From assembly GCA_004764695.1 (NCBI GenBank), contig SMSO01000014.1:4288845-4352844 (forward strand): a stretch of 64,000 nt of DNA. The letters run 5' to 3'. Of this stretch, positions 11,281 through 21,318 are shown piece by piece. A program made the position numbers and the translations under genes. The DNA comes from Schizochytrium sp. TIO01. Taxonomy: Eukaryota; Protista; Bigyra: Labyrinthulomycetes. Positions within the stretch are counted from its first letter, which is position 1. Every line of letters starts with the position of its first letter. The notes beneath the pieces are model-generated. The model did not search any database, was not told the DNA's origin, and was given only the letters and a program-made list of their open reading frames with translations.

Positions 11281-11859
11281 TTACAATTCAGACCTTACTC
11301 TCTTCGAGTTTCGTCTGAGCTTGAAGTTTTCTTCCTCGAGCTTCACAATACGCGCACTCATCAAGCGAACCTTCGCAGCAAGCTCCTCCTGCTGCTGACG
11401 CTGTTGCTGCACGTTTTCATAAGGGATGATGACTTGCTTGATTTGGTCCATCCCTAGGCCCTCCTTCTTTTCGAGTTCGCCCTTCAGCAAAGAAACCTGG
11501 AATCTTTTCTCTGTAAGTCTACGGTTGAGTTTGATCGCCTTTTCTTTGTACCTAGCAGCTTTTGCTGCGTTCGCACGAGAAGATGTGATGAGCGTGGTGA
11601 GGTTTACCAAAGCTTCACGAGCAGCACCATCGACGAGAGCCTGATTAAGGAGCGAGGTTATAGCCCCTTCACTGCTTTGGGGTTGCCAACGCGGGGTATC
11701 ATCTCTCATCTTGCGTTTCGTGTTGCCTACCATGATTAGTCTTTGGGCTTTGGGCTTTGGGCTTTGGACTTTGGACTTTGGACTTTGGACTTTGGACTTT
11801 GGACTTTGGACTTTGGTCTTTGGACTTTTACAAAAGAAGAGAATTTGAGAGCGAGGCAT
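11281..11859 (-). CDS. Small basic coiled-coil protein of unknown function (alternative ATG at 11733)
   Basis: 192-aa ORF (150 aa from MVGNTK). Heptad-like C-terminus (QQQEELAAKVRLMSARIVKLEEENFKLRR). The N-terminal extension is encoded by a 7-bp tandem repeat. Confidence 0.5.
   Translation of the reverse strand: MPRSQILFFCKSPKTKVQSPKSKVQSPKSKVQSPKPKAQRLIMVGNTKRKMRDDTPRWQPQSSEGAITSLLNQALVDGAAREALVNLTTLITSSRANAAKAARYKEKAIKLNRRLTEKRFQVSLLKGELEKKEGLGMDQIKQVIIPYENVQQQRQQQEELAAKVRLMSARIVKLEEENFKLRRNSKRVRSEL
11741..11824 (+). repeat. Heptamer tandem repeat (CTTTGG[G/A/T]) x12
   Basis: 3x CTTTGGG, 7x CTTTGGA, CTTTGGT, CTTTGGA read directly. Confidence 0.95.
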
Positions 11860-12070
11860 TTGAATATATAGTAGGTACTAGATACCCTTGGTTGAGTTAT
11901 TTTAAAATTAAAAAAATCTCAAGGGCCTATTAGTTGGTAGTAATTCACTTAGGTACGCCGAAGTAGCTCTCAAAGCTGGCGAATACTGAGAGCGACGCTC
12001 TCAAAGCTACAGAATTTGAAGCAGGAACGACAGAAGAGAAGGAGTTGTGCATAAATTGAAGTCATAGTTG

Positions 12071-12092
12071 CCCCCCCCCCCCCCCCCCCCCC
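12071..12092 (+). repeat. Poly(C) tract, 22 nt
   Basis: Read directly. Confidence 0.95.
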
Positions 12093-12459
12093 AAAGTTTA
12101 AAATCTCGTTGAAGACTATATATGCGTTGAAAAGTTGCTCAATTAAAGGGATAGATGCATTGCTTCACCTTTATGGTGGCACAGCGATAGTTCTCTACTG
12201 GAAGGCAGAGAGCAACATGTCTTTGCTTTGCTAGGACATTGAGGCCTGCCATAGTGAAAATCACGGAGAACTCACAGAGCGACGCATTATGCACAAATGC
12301 ATTGATAAACCCTCACTCGAGACAGTCCAGACAAATCCTTTCAAGTACTTGGCCATCGAATACTATATCAAGTGAAGGTTTCCAGAGAAGTGTAGCCTTG
12401 ATTAAGAGGCTCGCACTAAGCAAGCTCGAAACAACCGCGTAAGGATGTGTATTCTCATG

Positions 12460-12460
<1 letters not shown>

Positions 12461-12517
<57 letters not shown>
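12461..12517 (+). repeat. (AAC)19 microsatellite
   Basis: Read directly. Confidence 0.95.
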
Positions 12518-12518
<1 letters not shown>

Positions 12519-12943
12519 GAAGCAAAACAAGGGGTTCATGTCGCTTTCGCTTTCAATCCAAAGGTTTGAATTCACAAAGTCTCACCAGGAAAAGGGCAAA
12601 AAGGTTCTAAAACAAAAGATTTAATAATCTTAATCCAAGATGAAGGGTGCTTGGGTTCTAGATCAATGTCGTTATTGATCTCGCTGATGCCAACATAAAG
12701 GGCAGGGATTTTCTATGATTATGTGCATATACCCACGCTGACCAAACCATTCTCGAATGTGAAGATATTAACGTGGTGTTCTTTGTTGTTGAGGAGGAAA
12801 AAGAAAAGCAGGATACAGTCATTTAAAACGACGGATTGCGAAGTATTGACAGCTGGACTATTTGTTGCCGCAATTTTAGCCGAGTAAGTAACCATTATCA
12901 CACACACAAAAAGATGGAGCGGGTTATGAAATAAATGTGCGAA

Positions 12944-13565
12944 TTACTCAGCTTCCTCATCGGCAATGTAGATTCCGGGGATCATGAGGTTACACTTCTC
13001 AGCAATGCAGTGAACAATACCAGCGCGGAAGGAGTTAATACCACGAGCGTTAAGCCAATGCCAAAAGGCATCGCAGTGCTCCTTCTGGGTCATCTTTTCA
13101 CCACGCAAGGTGAGAAACTTGCCAATGAGCTGGTAGGTAGTGGTAATAGACTGGTCACCCTCTACAGTCTTGGCAAGCATCTCCTTAGCCTTGGGACCAA
13201 TACCAGGCACGGTGGTAATCTCCTCCTGGACAGGTGCAGCGAGGAACTCGGCCAGGCGGTCCTATTCCACCGGAGTACAGCAATCCCACATATCAAGCGA
13301 ATGATCGCAGTGCGAAAACAATCAGTTACCATCGTTAGTCGTCACGTGTTCTCTAGCACTCTACCCCTGCCATCCCCGCCCCGTTTCGTTTGCCTCGACA
13401 TTGCTGCAACAAGGCATCTTATGTTTCACGTTCTCCGTGATATTCAGACTTTGGTAAAACCGCCAAGTCGATGTGCTCCTTCTATCCTGGCTTTCTGAAT
13501 GCAGAAGCGCTTCGATTACTTACCTCCTTCACCTGCGAGCGGTTGGCGTCAAATCCTTCTGCCAT
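12944..13565 (-). CDS. Barrier-to-autointegration factor (BAF)-like helix-hairpin-helix protein, 119 aa, two exons: join(13565..13524,13261..12944)
   Basis: Exon 1 MAEGFDANRSQVKE ends at a GTAAGT donor (13523). The 262-nt phase-0 intron ends TAG (13262). Exon 2 DRLAEFLAAPVQEEITTVPGIGPKAKEML...YQLIGKFLTL...AFWHWL resembles BAF (FVAEPMGEKPVGSLAGIG...YVVLGQFLVL...FREWL). Confidence 0.8.
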
Positions 13566-15395
13566 CTTCTTCACGTGCGTGCGTACGAGCTTGCTTGTTT
13601 CTGAGCGGAGATGCCGGCGTGCAGATACTGTTTGCTTGGATGTTCTTGAGCTTTTGAGATATGGTTTTGCTGTGCCGGTTTGCTTGCCCAGAAACAGAGA
13701 AATGCGAGAAAACGGGAGAAGAAAGAAAGATCTGATTAACTTACCAGACAAAGAATATATTACAATTGAAGTAATATTAGGGCTGGGTATGCGCGGTTAT
13801 ACCAGACCCCGCGCACAGTTCAATTTTGGCGTTGGTTATCATTTACGGGTGGGAGTACTAGTGAATCGTATGTACATGCTAGAAATTTTACTTTTGCGGA
13901 GCGCTCTCAACAAACACGAAAAGTGATTCACGCATAGAGTCTAGTTTTCGGAGGACTGTATGTAATCAACTTTTCGAAAAAGCCAGTATAATGTGAAGGA
14001 GAATATGTCGACTATTTGACATGGATTGTCAATTCTGATTGATGTTTGGCTTCCTTTCAGAATAGTTAAACTAGGCACGATCGACGAGGATCCATCAGCT
14101 ATTTGATAAGAACACCGATCGCAGGTTTTGGCAATGGATTATTTGCACACAATGCCGTGCTTGGACCGGTGTAAACCGCCGTAGACTAATAGACTGTATT
14201 CTCCTGGGCGCATGGACAAAGAAACATTGTTGAGAGCACCATTCTAATCTGCAAAGCTGGAACGTAAGAACATAGCTATGGGAAACCAGCGGACGCTCTC
14301 AAACCAACTAGGTAATTTAATGCAGTGTGCGCCAAATCCGTTATTAAAGAATTAAATGAATCAAACGATGATACGCTAGTAACAAACATGTATCGACCTC
14401 ACCCAAAGGCTGATTCTTCAGAAGCTCCTGCAGAAATTTACACGATAGGTGGACTCGGGAGTCTGATCGCCGGAGTCCTGGTCATAATAGTTGTTGGAGT
14501 TGCCATACGATGGTGTAGCTAGGACTGAATAACTTGAGCTGTAAAATTGACACCACCTTCGATCAGAGCTGACCACACCTATTTCGGGAAACGAAATTGA
14601 TTCTTACCAAATTGGATTTTTTGAGATTTTAACCTACCCTCTGTAATAGAACATAGTGTAAGGAGATGATAGGCTAAACTCTAATGGTACGAGATTAAAA
14701 ACTTTTCCACGTTTTATATGTTCTTTACTTTAGAAAGCTATTTCCTTAAAGCAGAAATAAAAAATTATGTTGAGAATACTAAAGGCGGGTGCTTTAGAAA
14801 TGTAAGATTCAGCAGGGGATCACCACATTTGTAGAAAATAGGACACGTTCGAATGTCTTTGTATCTGTGTCTTCAGACAAAAGGTGATAGATATTCGCAG
14901 AAACCTATCATTTCTATGCTTTTCTTTCTTTTTTTCTTTCCTTCCTTTAAAAAAAGTTTTTAGTCATGAGCCCAAGCAAAACAGTCAGCAACAGCGAAAG
15001 ACTCCATACACCCAAGAATTGTAATGGCCAAAGCACTCACAAACATACATGTCAGGGTTTAGGGAAAACAAAACCACGAATGTCCTTTAGAGCATGAAAT
15101 GCAGTATTATTTATTAGAAAGAATTTGTCATGGCAGTGATGTTGCATGTAAGATTAACAATGCAAAAGACTTTAGATAGAAACGAGTAAAACTAGGAAAT
15201 ATACTTTCGGCACAGTTCAGTGATATAAATCCAAACAGAAGGTGCCCTACTTTGGACATAAATTTGTTCGAAGAAGGCAAGCGCGTCCTATACTGCAGAT
15301 GCTGCAATGATTATGGATTTAAATTCTTGAAAAGTAGGTTAGTTAATGGTCCACAGCGAAAACTCGAATTATAACAGAGTTCGTGACAAAAGTAT

Positions 15396-16847
15396 TTAGA
15401 AATCAAGTTTGTCCTTGGCAGAATCTTCTGCATGGCTATTGCTATTGTCTTCATTTTTAGAATCCCACTCAGGAACCTTTTCGTAGGCATACCTGCTGGA
15501 GTACTCGGAAGGAGCCCAGAGATAGAGAATAGCAAGAAGGATGCCAAAGTAGAGCACATCCCAGAAAGCATCAAGCCTGTAGAAGCTCTGCCAGTGGCTG
15601 TCCATGTAGTTAGTGCGGATGCAATAGGCAAATATTAGTGACCAACTGCAGCCAAGAACCACTGCTGCAATAAGAATGCGGCGAAAGGTTATGTAAAGGT
15701 TCGTCTTGGCATCCTGGTGACGAGCAGCAAGGGCCTGAATAATGACTCCTAAGCTCGAAAAGGACCACATGAAGATGATAAAGTCAATAGCCACAACTGG
15801 AATTTCCATGAGAAATCCGCCAAAGGTGAGAGTACGGGTGTGGTTGAGCTGAGTCACTGTCAAATGCAGGTAGGAGAGCACAAAGTACGCAAAACCAAGA
15901 GCCATAATCTTGTTCGTGTTCTCACCAAGAGTTTGACGAACCACGCCAAATCCCATAGAAACAACAAGTACGAGCATGCGCGAGAAGGTCTTCTTGAGGC
16001 ACAGAAAGAAGAGACTTGAGAACATGAAGAACTTGCTACGGGTACCGTAAAGATTAAAGTGGTAGAAATCGTAGTAACGAAGGAAGGTTTCGAGAAGGCC
16101 AAAGACAAGTACGATTGAAATGCAGTTCTGAAGTTGCATGATCTCGCGCCAGTGACGACCACAAAGGTAAGCCCAAATCATTGAAGTGATCAGGTAGATG
16201 ACAGACATGTAGAAGTAAAAGTTCAAGAAGCCATAGACCTCCGCCGGCAAGAAGCCGAACGGGTTCACCCAGCGTGTCTCACCAGTAATCTCGATCTCGG
16301 AGTTCATGACATTGCAGTAGCTAATAACCAAATAATAGAACCCTTCATTCTGAATTTTGTAGGTACGGAAAAGGCGAGCCTCGCCATCGCCATCCGGCAT
16401 AACATCCCAAGACATAACATCACGAGCACCTGGGGAGAAGATGAGTGAGTTAGGAATGGTACATACGGCACCTTCTTCCGCCATAGCTTGTGAGCAACAA
16501 TACAGGCGCTCATCTGGTTTACCTTCCGCAGCGGAGCCGGCATTAGCGAGGTCTACGCCAAGGTACTTGTAGTCCTCCGCCGGGAACACAGAGACTTGGA
16601 CGAGAGCATTCTGGTCAGCAACTACCTCAGAGGGCAGATTAAATTTAAGAGCAATCTCGATCGCAGCACGGGCATTTTCCGATGAAATAATGTGAGGTGC
16701 ATCATCCATGGAATACATCGCGTTCTTCCTGAACATGAGAAAGTTATTCTCCAGTTTTTCTGCATTGTACTTGTTGACCGTGCCTTGGCAGCTCACGAGG
16801 CTGGCTGCCAGAACGGCAAAAGCCACAACAGCCTTGCGGACAGACAT
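15396..16847 (-). CDS. TMEM87: GOST family seven-TM protein (TMEM87/GPR107-like, lung seven-TM receptor family)
   Basis: Signal peptide, luminal domain, NPFGFLPAE motif before TM1, HWREIMQLQNCI, LVLVVSMGFGVVR, LWAPS..S.RYAY; seven hydrophobic segments. Confidence 0.9.
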   Translation of the reverse strand: MSVRKAVVAFAVLAASLVSCQGTVNKYNAEKLENNFLMFRKNAMYSMDDAPHIISSENARAAIEIALKFNLPSEVVADQNALVQVSVFPAEDYKYLGVDLANAGSAAEGKPDERLYCCSQAMAEEGAVCTIPNSLIFSPGARDVMSWDVMPDGDGEARLFRTYKIQNEGFYYLVISYCNVMNSEIEITGETRWVNPFGFLPAEVYGFLNFYFYMSVIYLITSMIWAYLCGRHWREIMQLQNCISIVLVFGLLETFLRYYDFYHFNLYGTRSKFFMFSSLFFLCLKKTFSRMLVLVVSMGFGVVRQTLGENTNKIMALGFAYFVLSYLHLTVTQLNHTRTLTFGGFLMEIPVVAIDFIIFMWSFSSLGVIIQALAARHQDAKTNLYITFRRILIAAVVLGCSWSLIFAYCIRTNYMDSHWQSFYRLDAFWDVLYFGILLAILYLWAPSEYSSRYAYEKVPEWDSKNEDNSNSHAEDSAKDKLDF

Positions 16848-17594
16848 GTTTACAAAAGACGTGTAATGGGCCCTTTTTTCTTATTCACAGGTTGTTTCCT
16901 TCGGATTCTCTCTACATATATTTTGTTATCATCCAAGTATTTCGTAAAAGCCCATGCCAAAGGTCACCAATGCAAACATCCACACGCAGAAGCAAGACGC
17001 ACCAATCCAGACATAGAATTTCAATGCCGAAAGAGATCAAGTCGTATAGGTACGACGAATTTCCATCACAATAGGCGGAACGAATCCGATTTCGCACAAC
17101 TCAAGTTAGTCAATCAACTCGCTTCCTTCACCACAATATCATGCAGACTTTGTCTGACGAACAGCATGTTCTATGCAGAAACCCCGCCTCAGCTTAGTCC
17201 CCTCCATTGCCTACATCTAAGCAGTTCTTGCTCTTCTCAAGGGCCGAGGTCGGTTGCTCTCGGCCGTCGATACGACGGTCAACCAGGGCTGAGGGGCTGC
17301 CTGCATCTGATGCTGAGCGCAGCATTGGGCCAACTTTGTGGAGACTTACGGTGGGCCGCGGGGGCCACGAACAAGCACGCGGTTCCAGGCGCAAGACAAC
17401 GGGCACGAGTGCCGTCCTGCAGGAAACCACCGAGGCTTTGGTGTTTGCATCAGTCAGTTCGGTCGAACTCAAGGTGCCCATGTCATGTCATGGCTGCCTA
17501 CCTATAAAGCCCCTATAGGCACCATAATAATCCTTTTACTTTGCTTTCAAGTCGATGCTCCTATTGAGTACTGTTCTTTCTATGCGCTAACCTC

Positions 17595-17665
17595 TTTACT
17601 TCTTTCTGTTCTTTTCTTTCTGTTCTTTTCTTTCTTTCTTTCTTTTCTTTTCTTCTTTCTTTCTT
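17595..17665 (+). repeat. Imperfect (TTTC)n pyrimidine tract
   Basis: Read directly. Confidence 0.8.
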
Positions 17666-19672
17666 CCTATTCTTAGCGTACGAGTGGCAAGTGCTACAGA
17701 GATAAAGGACGATGCTTGCCGTCAAGTCTCTTCTTCGGGCAGTACTTTAAACACCACTCACTGCAAAGTAAGGCGGCCCGGAGAACCACCTTTCTTTTGT
17801 GTATGAATGAGCCCATCATCATCTGCTTGGCCCAACTTGGACGACCGCTTCTTCGATGCATTCGCGAAAGCGGGAGTTACAAGCGAAAAGCGTCTTCGAT
17901 TATCAAAAAAGCATAAACGGAAAAGCCTTAAGGAAAAAAAAAAAGAAAAAGAAACGAAAGGAGACTAGTACGCGCTTATGTGTGAGTATGTAGGGGCTTA
18001 AAGAATATGTATAGAGAGATCGACTCCTAGAACCTAATTTTAGGGTTTTCACCCAAAATTAGGGAGGAGATATCGCCCTTATCGTGGGAAATTCGCTTGT
18101 GGGAAATTCCTTCATGGAGATTGTCGGTACGCGGAAAGCATTAAAACGCATGGAAATCGACCGTTGTGACTTGAATAGGTTCAAGACGTCGCGTACCCTG
18201 TGGCAGGAATGTCCGAAGATTACAGAAATCACATGCGAGATGCTTTTATTCTCATGAGCTTAGACATACCACCTACTACATTGATAATGGTTGAACAAAT
18301 CGAATTCGCAAATTGAGTCTGTACTGGAGCATGATAATGATGTACCCTATCACCTGTCTTGGTAAGCGGAGATCAGCATCGCTGTCGTCATTGCGAGCGA
18401 TGCGAGCAGTACAAGCACGATCAGTGTTTTCACGAATATCAATCCTGTAAGGATTTGCTTGATGTCGGTCTTGCACAATCGAAGGCCCAGCTGCTACTGG
18501 CTCACGCGAAGATCTGGCAGATAATCAGCCATGACTGACAGGAACTGCTTTCACACATCTTCGAAATCATGGTCTATTCCAGTTACAGGCCACCACAAAA
18601 ATGTCTTCAATATTCAGGCTTGCACGATTGAGGAATCCAATGATGCTTCATGGCGCAAAGCCCGAGAGTCTATAATGATGATGACATTTCTCCAAGCAAG
18701 CATTCGGAAAACCCGGCCTAGGCTGATTCTTTCGATGGCATGGTGCTTACCTAGTTCCTAGGTATCTCGTACATGCAGATGAACGCGGCCTTGTAGCTTT
18801 TATCACACAGAAGACTTATGTCGGGGTGTTTCTGGCAAAGTCTTCAGGTTAGAGTTGTACATGAATGGCGTAAAATGAATCAAATTATGAATGTCATGGA
18901 GAGGCATAAGCCTCGTTCAAGTTTTAACCCAAACCTAAATGCTGCTGGTTATTTAGCTAATTAGCTTGGTGCCACAGCACTCTAAGCATGGCTTCCAATG
19001 CAGCATTGCATGTACGGGTATTTTCGTTCAAGTTGAGCGTTGCAATTCATCCTCGTCTGCTCTGCCACATTCGCATTCCTAAATTCATAAAAAAGAAGTT
19101 TAACGACTGCATTCCATAATCTTTCGTCATTGAGCCCTGCCAATTTACGGCGCAAAATAGCGCCGAAATGCCTGAGCGGCTGTCGTTTTCTTTGTGTAAT
19201 AAAGAGCGGAGCTCTTGCTAGGCAAATCAGTAGCTGTACTAGCAGTGTGCCGGGCCCTGCTTTTCTTACTAGTATGGGTGATAGGAAAAGCTGTAGCTAG
19301 CTAGCAGTAGTAGTGGCGACGGGAGTGGTAGGAAAGCGTAGATGACTGGTAACTATTGCTCTTGTAGGAATTTGTATGGTTTATGGGGTAATGCGCGAAT
19401 AGTGTACTTGTAGAGATTGGCTGCAAGTGGAGTATAGAGAATAGTGCATAGTATAGGGCGGAGGGAAAGTAGAGTAAAGCTTGAATACTGCACTTGGGTC
19501 GCTTTGCTGTGGTTTTCTCTGTTTCTGGTTGCACTAGTAAAGTGCTGCCTTTTACTTTTTACTTTCACTTCGGTTTCCGTCACTCATCAACCAATTCAAT
19601 CAGCTTGTGCGGACGTCTTGGCTGCGACGAGGAGGACTTGGTCAAGGCAAGGTCGCCAGGCAAAAGTAGAAA

Positions 19673-19933
19673 ATGACGGTGGATATCAAGAAGGTCAAGG
19701 CCCCGCGCGAGCGCCGCTTCGGCTCGCCGTGCTACCATGAGGTGCAGGGTTTCTTGAACTGCCTCAAGTCCAGCGACTTCGATGACACCAAGTGCCGCAG
19801 CGAGTACAACGCCTTGATGAGATGTTCAGATGCCCTCGCGGTCAAAGCAGCAGAGAACAAAGGTCGCCACAAGCCGTCCACCAACTACCACTTGCAACGT
19901 CTCGCGCGGGCTGTGCTCCAGAAGAGCAAGTAA
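19673..19933 (+). CDS. MRP10: Mitochondrial small-subunit ribosomal protein mS37 (CHCHD1/Mrp10-like), twin CX9C protein
   Basis: PCYHEVQGFLNC and KCRSEYNALMRC twin CX9C, followed by KPSTNYHLQRL, typical of the Mrp10/mS37 C-terminus. Confidence 0.8.
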   Translation: MTVDIKKVKAPRERRFGSPCYHEVQGFLNCLKSSDFDDTKCRSEYNALMRCSDALAVKAAENKGRHKPSTNYHLQRLARAVLQKSK

Positions 19934-21318
19934 GTCAGAAAGTAAATACATATACACCAGCCGACAAGCTTTCTTTGTCAGGCAGTCATGCCGCTCCATT
20001 CTCAATCCAGAACCTCTCCTATTCTGCCATGCTTCTACGATTCCGCCTCTTCTTCACCGCTATCTGCGTCTTCACTCTCTACGAGCGGGAGGATTCGCTC
20101 CTAGATGCGGCGAGGGCCTTATTTCTCGGGCTTTGATCTCGCGACCACCTTCGCTCGATTTGCATGCTTCGGTGAAATGATGCTCGGTTTCACTCGTCAT
20201 GTGATAGCTGCTCGCTCACGATCTCAGGGATGGTCTGCATGAGATACAGCTTCACCTGCAATATTTCGTTGCGTCCTAGGGACAGCCAGGCCTTCCGAAC
20301 GACGCGAGCAATTTACATCATCCCTTACATCATCTCCTAAACAAAAAATGCACAACTTTGATACCACATTATTATCTGTAATTCTGGCTTAGCTGAGAAA
20401 AAATCAGCACTGCTCGTTGAGGCTGACTTGTCTTTCTTGTGTCCTTATTCGTAGCCCTCTTCTCGTTTGTTCCTATTGTGCTGTAACAAGAAAACAATGT
20501 TTTCTTTATTGCTTTGAACTCTTCTTCATTGGACATACATCGAAACTTGCTGATGCATGCAATTGCCGTTGCCTTGAAAAGATGTTTAAATGCAAAAATT
20601 GTTGATCTCTCAATATGTGGCTCGCAAATCTCTGGCGCTTCCTGGTCATCTTAATGAAGGTGTCTTGAGCGCTGTATCTTTTTACATTTACTCCTGTGTT
20701 TTTGTTTTTTTTCAATCCTTTTTGAGCACTTAATAATAGAAGAAAATTTACGCAGACTTTAGCCCTCAAAAGGTGATTACTTTCACAAAGACCAAATCAA
20801 GATAGGAACAAAACATTAAGACGTCACAAGAACGAGAGGTTTTTCTTTGTTATAATTAGGTTGTATACTAAAACAAAAAACAATTATTGATTGTGGTTGA
20901 CTCAATCACCAGAAAAGAGACGGTCAGAAAGATAGAGATAAATAGATACGCGAGAGATCACAGTCATTGATCAATCTTAAAGTAAGTGAATATGATGCTC
21001 CTAGGAAGTAGTTTTTGGAGCAAGAAAAGCTCTTTCTCTTTGTATATCTGGTTGAAATTATGGGAGAGTGTAGGTACGTACAAAATCTTAATGAGAATGC
21101 GAATGGGCCGTTTTATCAATGAGTAAAGTGTTCTCGTTCTCTAGCTAAATGTGGTCTCGCTATCTAACAACAAATCTTCTAACGTCTGCAAGTAAGTAAC
21201 GTTTGAAAGATGAAGACAAGGGCTGGATGGTTGGCGGGCTACTCTAGGTATGGTACGTCAATCATCTCTCTGTTTTACACGAGAAAGGGTGTCCTAATAA
21301 CAATGACAGGCTGCGTGT

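Noticed and set aside
12313-12525. Poly-Leu signal-peptide-like ORF
   Set aside because: Artefact of the (AAC)19 microsatellite.
14100-14522. Short ORF with a TM-like end (14325-14522)
   Set aside because: Non-ATG start, upstream stops and no recognisable family; at most a relic.
16692-17676. Overlapping ORFs of 95-271 aa upstream of TMEM87
   Set aside because: Partly antisense to a real gene, low-complexity, no motifs and mostly non-ATG starts.
18100-18780. Possible LRR-like relic (LKRMEIDRCDL...CPKITEI)
   Set aside because: Too fragmentary and interrupted in all frames.
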